55,725 nucleotides of DNA from the NCBI GenBank assembly GCA_028748685.1, contig JAJRDU010000186.1, positions 1 through 55,725 of the forward strand. Reading direction: 5' to 3'. The position numbers were made by a program, and so were the translations under genes. The stretch comes from Methylococcaceae bacterium. Lineage in GTDB: Bacteria; Pseudomonadota; Gammaproteobacteria; Methylococcales; Methylomonadaceae. Shown here piece after piece: positions 10,854-21,018 of this stretch; positions within the stretch are counted from its first letter, which is position 1, and each line of letters starts with the position of its first letter. The notes under the pieces are model-generated. The model searched no databases and was not told the DNA's origin. It saw nothing but the letters and a program-made list of their open reading frames with translations.

Positions 10854-10925
10854 GGATTGGAGAGTGGTTAGTAGGAACTAGGGAGTAGGGAGTAGTTTTT
10901 GGCTCCCCACTCCCCACTTTCCACT
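10846..10925. repeat. Degenerate inverted heptamer repeat (GTRGGRA / YYCCACT type)
   Basis: gtaggga-ttggaga-gtggtta-gtaggaa-ctaggga-gtaggga then ccccact-ccccact-ttccact. Confidence 0.7.
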
Positions 10926-10936
10926 GACCATAATTG

Positions 10937-13051
10937 TCAGTTTACCGAATATGGAAAGGCTATCGTACTCTGCCGGTTCCTCGCATCCATAGCCAGCAAT
11001 TTTCCGAAATCCTCTCTGGGCATGGGCCTGGAGTAGAGGTAGCCTTGACCGAAATCACAGCCTATGCCGGTGAGTATGTCATTTTGTGCCTGGTTTTCGA
11101 CGCCCTCGGCAATCACTTTCAAACCCAGTTTGTGAGCCATCATCACCATCGCCTCGCAAAGGGCTAGATCTTCGGACTGTTGAGCGAGTCCACGGGTAAA
11201 TGACTGATCGATCTTAAGGTAGTCGATGTCGAATTTTTTCAAATAGGACAAGGCCGAGTAACCGGTACCGAAATCATCGATGGCAACCTGGAAGCCGGCA
11301 TCGCGGAAGGCTAGCAACCGGTCGGTAACCTTCGAACTGGCATCCAGCAGCAGGTTTTCGGTAATTTCCACCACCACGCTGTGTTCCGGTAAATCCATTC
11401 TCAGCAAATATTCAAACCAGTCATCATGATCGATATGGTTGCCGACGAACTGGGCGGGTGATTTATTGATGCTGATTTGTAGCGGCATATCGTAACGCTC
11501 CCGCCATTGGGCTAGCTGCTGGACGGCCTCGTGAAACACCCAGTCGCCGATCTCATGAATGAGGCCGGTTTCCTCGGCCAGTGGAATAAAATCGGCCGGA
11601 CTGATCAGACCACGAGTGGGGTGTCGCCACCGCACTAAGGCTTCGGCCTTGCGAACATTGCCCGAGGACAAATCGATGATAGGTTGATAATAGACCTCGA
11701 ATTGCTTGCGCAATTGGGCGACTCGCAGGTCGCTGATCAGTTGCATTCTGTTCCGCGCCGTTTCCTGCATACTGGCCGTAAAATAACGGTAAGCGTTGCG
11801 GCCTTGGTTTTTGGCGGCATACATGGCCTGATCGGCGTTTTTAATCAGCGTATCGATGTCGTAGGCATCATTGGGGTAAAACGTCAGGCCGATACTGGCT
11901 GAAATATAAACCGTCTCGTCGGCCAGCGAATAGGGCTCGGCCAGGCTATGCAGCACGGACTGGGCGATATGTTCGGCGGTGTCCAGATGCTCCAGTTCTT
12001 CGAGGATCACGGTAAATTCATCGCCGCCCAGTCGAGCCACGGTGTCGGATTCACGTATGCAGCGTTGTAGGCGCAGGGCGGTTTCCCGCAGCAACTTGTC
12101 GCCAATTTCATGGCCGAAGCTATCGTTGATTTCCTTGAAATGGTCGAGATCGAGGAATATCAGCGCCATGCGTTGCTGATTGCGATGGGCCTTTCGGAGT
12201 GCTTGCGATAACCGCTCGCGGAACATGTGGCGATTGATCAGGCCGGTCAAAGGGTCGAAATTGGTTTGACGCCAGATCATTTCGTCGGCTTGTTTTTTTA
12301 GCGTGATGTCGGCAAACAGTGCCACATAAAGTCTTACCGAACCGTCGTCGCGATAAACGGTGTTGATGCTAAGCAATTCGACGTATTCGCTGCCGTTTTT
12401 ACGACGGTTCCATATTTCGCCGCTCCAATTGCCCTTGGTATTCAGGCTGTGCCACATGGCTCGATAAAACTCGGTACTCTGCCGGCCGGAGCTGAGGATG
12501 CTGGGTTTTTTGCCGATGACCTCGGTTGCCCTGTAACCTGTCAGGCGAGTAAATGCCGGGTTGACGGCGACAATGGTATTATCGGCATCGGTCAGCATCA
12601 TGCCTTCCCGGACGTTGTTATATACCAAGCCGGCAACCTGCAATTCCTCGAATGCCGCGGAGCGATTCCGAGCTTCCTGCTGCAGGCGGATATGGTGAGC
12701 TATGCGTGCCCTGGTAATGGAAATGGAGAAAGGTTTGGTAATATAGTCGGCCGCACCCAAGCCGAGGCCGAATGCTTCATCGTTTTCATCGTTCTCCTCG
12801 GTGATAAACAATACGGGTATACCCTGGGTCTTGGGGTTTTGTTTCAATTTCCGGCAGACTTCGAATCCATTCATCGCCGGCATCGCCACGTCTAGCAAGA
12901 TCAGATCGGGTTGCGGCGAGGCATCGGCAATCGCCAGCGCCGAAAGGCCGTTATCCGCGATTTTGATACCATAGTCGGCATCGAGAAATTTCGTCAGCAG
13001 GTTTGCATTCGGCAAATAATCATCGACGATCAGGATTAACGGTTGGCGCAT
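10937..13051 (-). CDS. REC-PAS-GGDEF-EAL response-regulator diguanylate cyclase/phosphodiesterase
   Basis: ILIVDD...DLILLDVAMP receiver, PAS domain, RLGGDEF, EALVRW and DDFGTGYS; likely start MRQPLILIVDD at 13051 (track start 13135). Confidence 0.9.
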   Translation of the reverse strand: MRQPLILIVDDYLPNANLLTKFLDADYGIKIADNGLSALAIADASPQPDLILLDVAMPAMNGFEVCRKLKQNPKTQGIPVLFITEENDENDEAFGLGLGAADYITKPFSISITRARIAHHIRLQQEARNRSAAFEELQVAGLVYNNVREGMMLTDADNTIVAVNPAFTRLTGYRATEVIGKKPSILSSGRQSTEFYRAMWHSLNTKGNWSGEIWNRRKNGSEYVELLSINTVYRDDGSVRLYVALFADITLKKQADEMIWRQTNFDPLTGLINRHMFRERLSQALRKAHRNQQRMALIFLDLDHFKEINDSFGHEIGDKLLRETALRLQRCIRESDTVARLGGDEFTVILEELEHLDTAEHIAQSVLHSLAEPYSLADETVYISASIGLTFYPNDAYDIDTLIKNADQAMYAAKNQGRNAYRYFTASMQETARNRMQLISDLRVAQLRKQFEVYYQPIIDLSSGNVRKAEALVRWRHPTRGLISPADFIPLAEETGLIHEIGDWVFHEAVQQLAQWRERYDMPLQISINKSPAQFVGNHIDHDDWFEYLLRMDLPEHSVVVEITENLLLDASSKVTDRLLAFRDAGFQVAIDDFGTGYSALSYLKKFDIDYLKIDQSFTRGLAQQSEDLALCEAMVMMAHKLGLKVIAEGVENQAQNDILTGIGCDFGQGYLYSRPMPREDFGKLLAMDARNRQSTIAFPYSVN

Positions 13052-13299
13052 TCGTTTCTTGTGGGCTTGGTAAAGATAGATGGCCTGGAAGGTTTTCGTA
13101 AGCTTTTCATCAATATTGTAGGCTCGAATCATCAATACGGCAATTAACCTATTTTTGATGAGATAATTTATGTCTCACGCGCTTTAGGTGCCGATGGCCT
13201 TTCCGGTTCTGTTGGCTAATACCAAGGCTATAAAATGTGCAACTATTTTTGGCGGGCTTGGTCGTAAGCCGCTTTAACACCGAGGAAACCCAAAGGACA

Positions 13300-14289
13300 A
13301 TGACGACTGCAACGAATCTTTCCCCCGCGCAATCCGCCTTGCAACGGCTCAGTCAGCGGATCAACACCCTCATCATAGGCCAGGACGTATTGGTCGAGCG
13401 CATGCTGATCGCCTTGTTGGCCGATGGCCATTTGTTGGTGGAAGGCGCGCCGGGTCTGGCGAAAACTCGGGCCATCAACGTGTTGAGCCAGGGCATAGAG
13501 GCGGATTTTCACCGCGTTCAGTTTACTCCCGATCTATTGCCGGCCGACTTGACCGGCACCGATATTTACCGCCCTCAGCAAGGTGTTTTCGAATTCCAGA
13601 AGGGACCGCTGTTCCATAATCTGATCTTGGCAGACGAAATCAATCGTGCGCCGGCCAAGGTGCAGGCGGCGTTGCTGGAGGCGATGGCCGAGCGGCAAAT
13701 TACGGTCGGCAAGGCCAGTTATCCCTTGCCTCCCTTGTTCATGGTGATGGCAACCCAGAATCCGATCGAACAGGAAGGCACTTATCCGTTGCCTGAAGCG
13801 CAGCTGGATAGATTTTTACTGCACGTCAAAATCGATTATCCCAATGCCGCTCACGAGCAAGCCATTCTGCATCTGGCCCGCAACGAGGCCAAGGGCGCCT
13901 TGCAAGCCGCCGTTAACGATTTCGAGAAAATCAGCCGGCAAAGCATCTTCGAAGCCCGCAATGAAGTGTTGAATATTTATATGGCGGAGAGCCTCGAACA
14001 ATACCTATTGCAAATCGTGTTGGCGACGCGTAATCCCGGTGTGTACGGTCAGGATCTGGCCGGCTGGATACAGTATGGCGCCAGCCCACGCGCCAGCATT
14101 GCCCTGGACCGTTGTGCTCGTGCCAAGGCCTGGCTGCAGCAAAGAGATTTCGTCGATCCCGGCGATATTCAGGACATCGCCTATGATGTATTGCGTCACC
14201 GGCTGATTTTATCTTACGAAGCCGAAGCCGAGGGCATTACCAGCGACGACGTCATCAAACAGTTGATCGCCCGGATTGCGGTGCCTTAG
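13300..14289 (+). CDS. moxR: MoxR-family AAA+ ATPase
   Basis: GAPGLAKT Walker A, ILADEINRAPAKVQAALLEAM, ATQNPIEQEGTYPLPEAQLDRF; AGGA ribosome-binding site before ATG 13300. Confidence 0.93.
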   Translation: MTTATNLSPAQSALQRLSQRINTLIIGQDVLVERMLIALLADGHLLVEGAPGLAKTRAINVLSQGIEADFHRVQFTPDLLPADLTGTDIYRPQQGVFEFQKGPLFHNLILADEINRAPAKVQAALLEAMAERQITVGKASYPLPPLFMVMATQNPIEQEGTYPLPEAQLDRFLLHVKIDYPNAAHEQAILHLARNEAKGALQAAVNDFEKISRQSIFEARNEVLNIYMAESLEQYLLQIVLATRNPGVYGQDLAGWIQYGASPRASIALDRCARAKAWLQQRDFVDPGDIQDIAYDVLRHRLILSYEAEAEGITSDDVIKQLIARIAVP

Positions 14290-14294
14290 ATTAT

Positions 14295-14401
14295 GGGGAG
14301 TGGAAAGTAGGAATTGGTGAGTGGGGGGGGGCAGCGTTTCATTCATTTCCTGCTTCTTATTCCCCACTTCCCACTATCAACTCCCTACTTACAGCTACTT
14401 A
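14295..14401. repeat. Degenerate inverted heptamer repeat (GTRGGRA / CTYCCYA type)
   Basis: gtggaaa-gtaggaa-ttggtga-gtggggg then ttcccca-cttccca-ctatcaa-ctcccta. Confidence 0.65.
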
Positions 14402-14404
14402 CCG

Positions 14405-15337
14405 ATGAATGCCCAACTACCCTTGCCTCCCAACGAACGGGTTGCCATCAGCTTAAAAAATCTGCTCGATCTTGCCAAGCCTGCGACGGCGCTGAATTTG
14501 CGTTACCGCAACGTTCGGGCCGCGCAAAGCGGTAATTATCTGTCTCATCTCAAGGGCAGGGGCATGGCCTTCGATGAAACCCGTTTATATCAACCTGGCG
14601 ACGATGTTCGCCGTATCGATTGGCGCGTCACGGCGCGCACCGACAAGCCGCACAGCAAGGTTTTCAGGGAAGAAAAGGAAAGGCCATTGTTTATTTCGGT
14701 CGATTATCGTTCCACCATGGCATTCGCCACGCGCGGCGTCTTCAAGTCGGTACAGGCGGCCAGGTTGGCGGGTTTATTGGCTTGGGCGGCCTTGAGCCAG
14801 GGTGATCGTATTGGTGGGCAGATTTTCGGCGATGCCGGTTGCCAGGAACTGAAACCCCGCACCGGTAAAATAGCCTTGCTGCGCTTTTTTAATGCCTTGG
14901 TCAAGCCGGCGTATAACGCAGTGGAGGTCAATCGTCTTGACCAGATTCTGGCGAGATTGCTGCATCATGCCCATCCCGGTAGCCTGGTTTTCATTCTTAG
15001 CGATTTCCGAGGCATGAACGCGGCGGCGGAAAATCATCTCGCCAATCTGGCGCGTCATTGCGATGTGGTGTTGGTACAGATTGTTGATCCGCTGGAAAGT
15101 CAATTGCCCACCAAGGGGCGTTATCGTTTTACGGACGACAGCCGTGAAGTCATGATAGACAGCGCGGACAAACGGCGGCTGTTGGAGTACCAGCAGCGTT
15201 TCCAGAACCGGCAAGACTATTTGCGGCAGCTCTGCCGTAAGCTACGCTTGAGTTGGTTACCCTGCGCTACCACCCGGCAGCCTATAGAGGCGTTGTTGTC
15301 ATTTCACGGCAGGGTTTTAGACAAATCAAGCACTTGA
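14405..15337 (+). CDS. DUF58 (VWA-like) MoxR-associated protein
   Basis: GRGMAFDETRLYQPGDDVRRIDWRVTAR, EEKER, ILSDF; start adjusted to ATG 14405. Confidence 0.9.
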   Translation: MNAQLPLPPNERVAISLKNLLDLAKPATALNLRYRNVRAAQSGNYLSHLKGRGMAFDETRLYQPGDDVRRIDWRVTARTDKPHSKVFREEKERPLFISVDYRSTMAFATRGVFKSVQAARLAGLLAWAALSQGDRIGGQIFGDAGCQELKPRTGKIALLRFFNALVKPAYNAVEVNRLDQILARLLHHAHPGSLVFILSDFRGMNAAAENHLANLARHCDVVLVQIVDPLESQLPTKGRYRFTDDSREVMIDSADKRRLLEYQQRFQNRQDYLRQLCRKLRLSWLPCATTRQPIEALLSFHGRVLDKSST

Positions 15338-15415
15338 TTCATCGTGGCGAGATTATCCTGTAAACTCGTGAGGCATTTTGTTTCCGTGATGCCATAAAAA
15401 TTTACTCCAACCATC

Positions 15416-18400
15416 ATGCCATTTCCTGTTTTTCGTATTTTTGTTCTCGGCCTAGCCGTATTTGCCGGGGGCTGGCTGGGCATGAAAATGGCGGTACCGC
15501 CGGGTTACTCCAGCCCGCTTTGGCCGCCGGCCGGAGTTGCATTGGCCGGGCTGCTGATCGGAGGGCGTCGTCTTTGGCCGGGAGTGTGGCTGGGTGCGCT
15601 CGCCAATCAGTTTTTAGCGGTTGCCGATTTTGCCGGAGATATGACTTTCGCCAGCATGACGTCTTCCCTACTGATTGCTACCGGCAGTACCTTGCAGGCG
15701 CTGACGGCGGTCTGGCTGTCCGCCAAGTGGCTGGGGCCGGGCTTGCCTAAGCTGGATGGTCCGCGTTCGATTTTGATTTTTTTCGGGCTTACGGCGCCCG
15801 TGGCCAGCTTGATCGCGCCTAGCATCGGCATAGTTGTATTGCGGTTGCTGGATGTCATGCCTTTAAGTTTGGTTGGCAGTTCATGGTGGAACTGGTGGAT
15901 AGGCGATAGCCTGGGAGTTTTGGTTATTTCGCCACTGTTGTTTTGTTTGTTCGGCAAGCCTCGTGAGCTTTGGGGATCTCGGCGTCTCAGCGTCGCGTTG
16001 CCGCTGCTGGGCACCTTGTTGACGCTGATCACGGTATTCGGGCTGGTTTTCCGGTCCGAACAGTCGCGAATTCAGCAGGCCTTCGATAGCCAGGCTTCCG
16101 CCGTCGACCGCTTGCTGGTCGAGTATGCCGACAATGTCATCGACAGCACCTTGGTTTTGCGGGATTTGTACAGTGCCTCCGGTAATGTCGACAGGCGAGA
16201 GTTTGGTGCGTTTGCGCAACGCTTGCTGGCGCGGCATCCCGAGATCCAAGCTCTGGAATGGCTGCCGCGGGTCTCTTATGACGCCTTGCCGGCTTTCGAA
16301 AAATCGGTGCGGGACGAAGGCTACCCAGGCTTCAAAGTGATCGAACGCGATTCGGACGGTCAGCCGGTGCCGGTGGGTAAGCGGGAGGAATATTTTCCCA
16401 TCCTGTTTGTCGAGCCGATGTTGGGTAATGAAAAGGCTTTCGGCCTCGATTCAACCGCCAAACCTTTGAGCCGTGAATCGAAACAAATGGCTCGCGACAG
16501 CGGCAAAGCCGCCGCATCGCAACGCTTGATGCTCATGCAGCGCAACGACCTCGAACCCGGCGTACTGGTATCCATTCCGGTTTATATCAATTCTCAAGTT
16601 GTCGATCCCAAGGCTTTGGCCGGTTTCGTTTCGGCCGTGGTGCTGCCGGCTCGTTTGGCCGATGTCGCCGTTCGGGGGCTGAACACAGATATATTCGGCA
16701 TTACCCTGCTGGATATAGACGCGCCGGCCGGACAGGACTTGCTTTATTCGAAACCGGTAATGAGTCCGCTGGGGCAAAATTATCGTCTGAAAGTTTGGCA
16801 GCGTGATTTTTCTTTCGCCGATCGGACATGGCGGATCATCATCGATCCGGATAACAGTTTCATGGTCGAGCATGGTTCGTCGCTGCCCTGGATTACCTTG
16901 GTCGGCGGTTTATTTTTTACCAGTCTGCTGAGCGTTTTTCTGCTGACCATAAGCGGTAGGACGGCGCACGTCGAAGCGCTGGTGGACGACAGAACTCTGG
17001 AGCTGGCCAAGGCCAACGCCGAGCTCGAAGCTTCGGAAAGGGCGGCTAGGAATTCGGCGCTAATGCTGCGGACGCTGGTCGAATCGCAGCCCGAATGCGT
17101 AAAACTACTGGCACGGAACGGTTCGCTGCTGCAAATGAATCGGGCCGGCCTCGATATGATAGAGGCCGACAGTCTCGATCAGGTCGTCGGCAAGCAATTG
17201 GATGAACTGGTTTTACCGAAGTACCGGAATGCCTTTAATACCATTACCCGTCGAGTATTTGAAGGCGAATCGGGTAGGCTGGAATTTGAACTCCAGGGTT
17301 TCAAGGGTGGGCATCGCTGGCTCGACACCCATGCGGTACCGATGCGCGATGCGGCGGGCAATATCGCGGCATTGCTGGCCGTGACCCGCGATATTACCGA
17401 ACGCAAGCAGTCCGAGGAGCATCTCAAACGTGCCGCCCGGGTTTTCAGCGAAGCTCACGAGGGCATTTTGATTACCGATGCCGATGCCGTGATTATCGAT
17501 GTCAATCCGACTTTCAGCGAAATTACCGGCTACAGCCGGGAAGAGATCATCGGCCAAAATCCCCGGGTGCTACACTCCGGCAAACACAGCCCCGAATTTT
17601 ATCTAGATATGTGGAAGAGTTTGGCGGAAACCAATCATTGGCAGGGCGAAGTCTGGAACCGCAAGAAGGACGGCGAATTGTATGCGGAACTGTTGACCAT
17701 CTCCGCGCTTTGCGATGAAGACGGCCATGCCAGCCATTATGTTGGCCTTTTTTCCGACATCACCCAGGCCAAACAGCAGCAGCAATTATTGGAATTGATG
17801 GCGCACTACGATCCCTTGACCCGTTTGCCGAACCGCATTTTGTTCGCCGATCGTTTGACCCAAGCCATCGCCCGCAGCAAGCGCGAAAAAACCTTGCTGG
17901 CTATCTGTTTTCTGGATCTGGACGGCTTTAAGCCGGTTAACGACCAGTTCGGGCATGACGCCGGCGATCAGGTGTTGGTGGAAGTGGCTGAAAGAATTAA
18001 AAACAGCGTCCGTGAAGAAGATAGCGTTTCCCGCCACGGAGGCGACGAATTTGCGTTGTTATTGGGGGATATTCACACGACTGAACAGTGTGAGCAGGCC
18101 ATAGAACGTATTCATCGGGCCATCGCCCAGCCGTATTTGATCGACGGGCAGGCCGTGATCATCGGTGCCAGCAGCGGCATCACGCTTTATCCGCTGGACG
18201 ATGCCGATCCCGATACCTTGTTGCGCCACGCCGATCACGCCATGTATCAGGCCAAGCTGGCCGGTAAAAATTGCCATCATTTATTCGACGTCAACGAGGA
18301 TCAGCAGATTATCGATCGCAACAAACAATTGCGCGATATAGAAGCCGCATTCCTCGGTAATCAGATGAGTCTGTATTATCAGCCCAAGGTGAACATCAAG

Positions 18401-19486
18401 ACTGGCCAGGTGGTCGGCGTCGAAGCCTTGATACGTTGGTTACATCCGGAGCGTGGCATCATCTCGCCATTGGAGTTTTTGCCCGTCATCGCCTCGACCG
18501 AATTGGAAATCCGCATCGGCAACTGGGTCATAGAGCAGGCCTGGCGGCAATTGGTTGCGTGGCATGGGCAGGGGCTGCGGCTGGAAGTCAGCATCAATAT
18601 CTCGTCCTATCATCTGCTGTGGTCGGGGTTTTTTGCCCGCATCGAGGCCGTCTTGCATGATGATCCGACCATAGCCTCCAAATTCCTGCAACTGGAAATC
18701 CTGGAAAGCACGGCATTGGACGATTTGGCGGCGGTCAACCGCATCATCAAGACCTGTCGCGACGCATTGGGAATCCGCATCGCGCTGGACGATTTCGGGA
18801 CCGGCTATTCGTCGCTGACCCACTTGCGGCATCTGTCGGTCGACACCGTCAAGATCGATCAGAGTTTCGTGCGCGACATGCTGGACGATCCGGACGATTA
18901 CGCGATCATCGAGAGCGTGATCGGCTTGAGTCATGCTTTCCGCCGTGAAGTCGTCGCCGAGGGCGTGGAGAGCAAGGAGCAGGGCATCGTGCTGCTGTTA
19001 CTGGGCTGCCACCTGCTGCAAGGCTATTCGATAGCGCGGCCCATGCCGGCGGAGGCGTTTGCGAATTGGGTAAAAGCCTATCGGCCTTATGCCGACTGGC
19101 GGTTTTATGCCGATGCCGAATTGACGCCGGAGCAGACCATGATGGCGATACGCAGGATAGACACCCGGCAATGGCTGTTGCGCATCAGGGATTGTCTGTA
19201 TCCCGAGGCCGATGTCGTGCCGCACTGGCCGATCATGGCGCCTGGCAAATGTCATCTCGGGCGCTGGCTCAAACAGGCCAGACAAAATCGCCAATTCAGC
19301 GATGCCTGGATCGAACGCATCGAACAGCTGAACCGGGAACTGCACGAGCAGGCCACGGTCATCATGCATCTGGTTGGTGACGGTCAACTGGATGCGGCGC
19401 AAGCAAGATTCGCGCAAATGCAAACGCTTCAACAGTGGCTGGATGACTGTTTTGCGCGGTATAGTGCGGAGGGCTTCAGGCCTTAG
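15416..19486 (+). CDS. MASE1-CHASE-PAS-PAS-GGDEF-EAL signalling protein with a C-terminal CZB-like domain
   Basis: MASE1 (PLWPPAGVALA, WWIGDSLG), CHASE (ALEWLPRV, YFPILFVEP), two PAS domains, HGGDEF, EALIRW, C-terminal CHLGRW...LH. Confidence 0.88.
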   Translation: MPFPVFRIFVLGLAVFAGGWLGMKMAVPPGYSSPLWPPAGVALAGLLIGGRRLWPGVWLGALANQFLAVADFAGDMTFASMTSSLLIATGSTLQALTAVWLSAKWLGPGLPKLDGPRSILIFFGLTAPVASLIAPSIGIVVLRLLDVMPLSLVGSSWWNWWIGDSLGVLVISPLLFCLFGKPRELWGSRRLSVALPLLGTLLTLITVFGLVFRSEQSRIQQAFDSQASAVDRLLVEYADNVIDSTLVLRDLYSASGNVDRREFGAFAQRLLARHPEIQALEWLPRVSYDALPAFEKSVRDEGYPGFKVIERDSDGQPVPVGKREEYFPILFVEPMLGNEKAFGLDSTAKPLSRESKQMARDSGKAAASQRLMLMQRNDLEPGVLVSIPVYINSQVVDPKALAGFVSAVVLPARLADVAVRGLNTDIFGITLLDIDAPAGQDLLYSKPVMSPLGQNYRLKVWQRDFSFADRTWRIIIDPDNSFMVEHGSSLPWITLVGGLFFTSLLSVFLLTISGRTAHVEALVDDRTLELAKANAELEASERAARNSALMLRTLVESQPECVKLLARNGSLLQMNRAGLDMIEADSLDQVVGKQLDELVLPKYRNAFNTITRRVFEGESGRLEFELQGFKGGHRWLDTHAVPMRDAAGNIAALLAVTRDITERKQSEEHLKRAARVFSEAHEGILITDADAVIIDVNPTFSEITGYSREEIIGQNPRVLHSGKHSPEFYLDMWKSLAETNHWQGEVWNRKKDGELYAELLTISALCDEDGHASHYVGLFSDITQAKQQQQLLELMAHYDPLTRLPNRILFADRLTQAIARSKREKTLLAICFLDLDGFKPVNDQFGHDAGDQVLVEVAERIKNSVREEDSVSRHGGDEFALLLGDIHTTEQCEQAIERIHRAIAQPYLIDGQAVIIGASSGITLYPLDDADPDTLLRHADHAMYQAKLAGKNCHHLFDVNEDQQIIDRNKQLRDIEAAFLGNQMSLYYQPKVNIKTGQVVGVEALIRWLHPERGIISPLEFLPVIASTELEIRIGNWVIEQAWRQLVAWHGQGLRLEVSINISSYHLLWSGFFARIEAVLHDDPTIASKFLQLEILESTALDDLAAVNRIIKTCRDALGIRIALDDFGTGYSSLTHLRHLSVDTVKIDQSFVRDMLDDPDDYAIIESVIGLSHAFRREVVAEGVESKEQGIVLLLLGCHLLQGYSIARPMPAEAFANWVKAYRPYADWRFYADAELTPEQTMMAIRRIDTRQWLLRIRDCLYPEADVVPHWPIMAPGKCHLGRWLKQARQNRQFSDAWIERIEQLNRELHEQATVIMHLVGDGQLDAAQARFAQMQTLQQWLDDCFARYSAEGFRP

Positions 19487-19504
19487 GATCGACAAACTGA
19501 AATC

Positions 19505-20035
19505 ATGGAACAATTGCCTTTAAAAGACATTCACTTACCGGATCCGATCAACTGGTGGCCACCCGCCATCGGTTGGTGGTTGCTAGCGGTGATAGTGCCG
19601 CTACTAATCGTTGCGGGCATCTTTCTATACAAACGCCTGAGAAGGCAAACCGCGCTGAAAACCGCGAGCAAGCTGTTGACTACTCTGCGGCGGGACCAGA
19701 ATCGCGACGGTTTGCAGATACTTGTCGAGCTATCGGCCTTGCTGCGGCGGGTTGCGATCAGTATCGCGCCCCGCGCGGATGTGGCTGCCTTGAGCGGAGA
19801 AGCCTGGTTGGCCTATCTGGATGCTTCGTTTCCGGATGCGCCGTTCAGCCGGGGGGCGGGGCGTTGTCTGGCGGACGTTCAATATCGGCAGGCAGCGCCG
19901 GAAGACCTCGATCTTGACGCCTTGTTCGCACTCTGCGAGCAATGGCTCAAACGGCAGCGGAAAACCCCCTCAGGTAAAAGCGGGTTTTATCCCCTCTCCC
20001 GCCGGGAGAGGGCTAGGGTGAGGGGCGTGCGATGA
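19505..20035 (+). CDS. DUF4381 family membrane protein (Bat operon)
   Basis: LKDIHLP..I.WWPPAIGWW, LLRRVA, L.GEAWLAYLD. Confidence 0.88.
   Translation: MEQLPLKDIHLPDPINWWPPAIGWWLLAVIVPLLIVAGIFLYKRLRRQTALKTASKLLTTLRRDQNRDGLQILVELSALLRRVAISIAPRADVAALSGEAWLAYLDASFPDAPFSRGAGRCLADVQYRQAAPEDLDLDALFALCEQWLKRQRKTPSGKSGFYPLSRRERARVRGVR
19991..20025. repeat. CCCTCTCCC-NNN-GGGAGAGGG palindromic REP-like repeat inside the DUF4381 3' end
   Basis: cccctctcccgccgggagagggctagggtgagggg; perfect 9-bp stem. Confidence 0.7.
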
Positions 20036-21018
20036 TCCATCTCTACTGGCCCTGGTTATTGTTATTGCTGCCCTTGCCTATGCTCTTGCGTTGGCTGTTG
20101 CCGGCCAGGCCGCGTCTGGAGCAGGCCGCACTGAAAGTGCCGTTTCTGGAAGATTTCGGCGAAGGCGAAAACCTTGTGCTGAGCGCGGAGCGGCGCTGGC
20201 CTCTGTGGCTGGCGGGCATAGCCTGGTGCTGCTTGGTCCTGGCCGCCGCAAGGCCGCAATGGCTGGGCGAGCCGCTGGAGCAGTCGGTGAGTGGCCGAGA
20301 TCTGATGCTGGCGGTCGATGTTTCCGGCAGCATGGAGGAGAGGGATTTCATCATCGACAAGCAGCGCGTCGACCGTCTGACGGCCATCAAGCAGGTCGCC
20401 GGCGAATTCATCCGGCGCCGAGTCGGCGACAGGTTGGGTCTGATATTGTTCGGTACCACGGCCTATCTGCATGTGCCGCTGACCTTCGACCGCAAGACCG
20501 TGCAGACGCTGCTGAACGAAGCCTTCATAGGCATCACCGACGACGAGCCACAGACCTCGATAGGTGACGCGATCGGTCTGGCGATCAAGCGCTTGCAGGA
20601 TCAGAAAACCGACAGCCGGGTATTAATCTTGCTGACCGACGGCGCCAACACCGCCGGCGAGTTGGCACCGCTGAAAGCCGCCGAAATCGCCGCCGAACAA
20701 AAATTGAAAATTTACACCATAGGCATAGGCGCCGATGAAATGCTGGTGCGCAGCCTATTCGGCACCCGTAGAGTCAATCCTTCCGCCGATCTGGACGAAA
20801 AAACCCTGACCGCCATCGCCGATGCCACCGGCGGCCGCTACTTCCGCGCCCGAAACAGCGAGGAGCTGGAACACATTTATTTCATACTCGACCAATTGGA
20901 ACCGGTCGAGAAAGACAAGCAATATTTTCGTCCCCGCAGCGAGCTGTTTCATTGGCCGCTGGGCGTGGCGCTGCTGTTGACCGGCGCACTGGTGACGAGT
21001 CGTTTGAGGTGGTCATGA
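20032..21018 (+). CDS. batA: BatA-like VWA domain protein
   Basis: N-terminal BatA TM segment, ARPQW, MIDAS DVSGSM, LLTDGANTAG. Confidence 0.88.
   Translation: MIHLYWPWLLLLLPLPMLLRWLLPARPRLEQAALKVPFLEDFGEGENLVLSAERRWPLWLAGIAWCCLVLAAARPQWLGEPLEQSVSGRDLMLAVDVSGSMEERDFIIDKQRVDRLTAIKQVAGEFIRRRVGDRLGLILFGTTAYLHVPLTFDRKTVQTLLNEAFIGITDDEPQTSIGDAIGLAIKRLQDQKTDSRVLILLTDGANTAGELAPLKAAEIAAEQKLKIYTIGIGADEMLVRSLFGTRRVNPSADLDEKTLTAIADATGGRYFRARNSEELEHIYFILDQLEPVEKDKQYFRPRSELFHWPLGVALLLTGALVTSRLRWS

Noticed and set aside
10846-10925. Possible CRISPR array at the short-repeat loci
   Set aside because: Units are 7-nt, degenerate and lack unique spacers; no cas genes are present.
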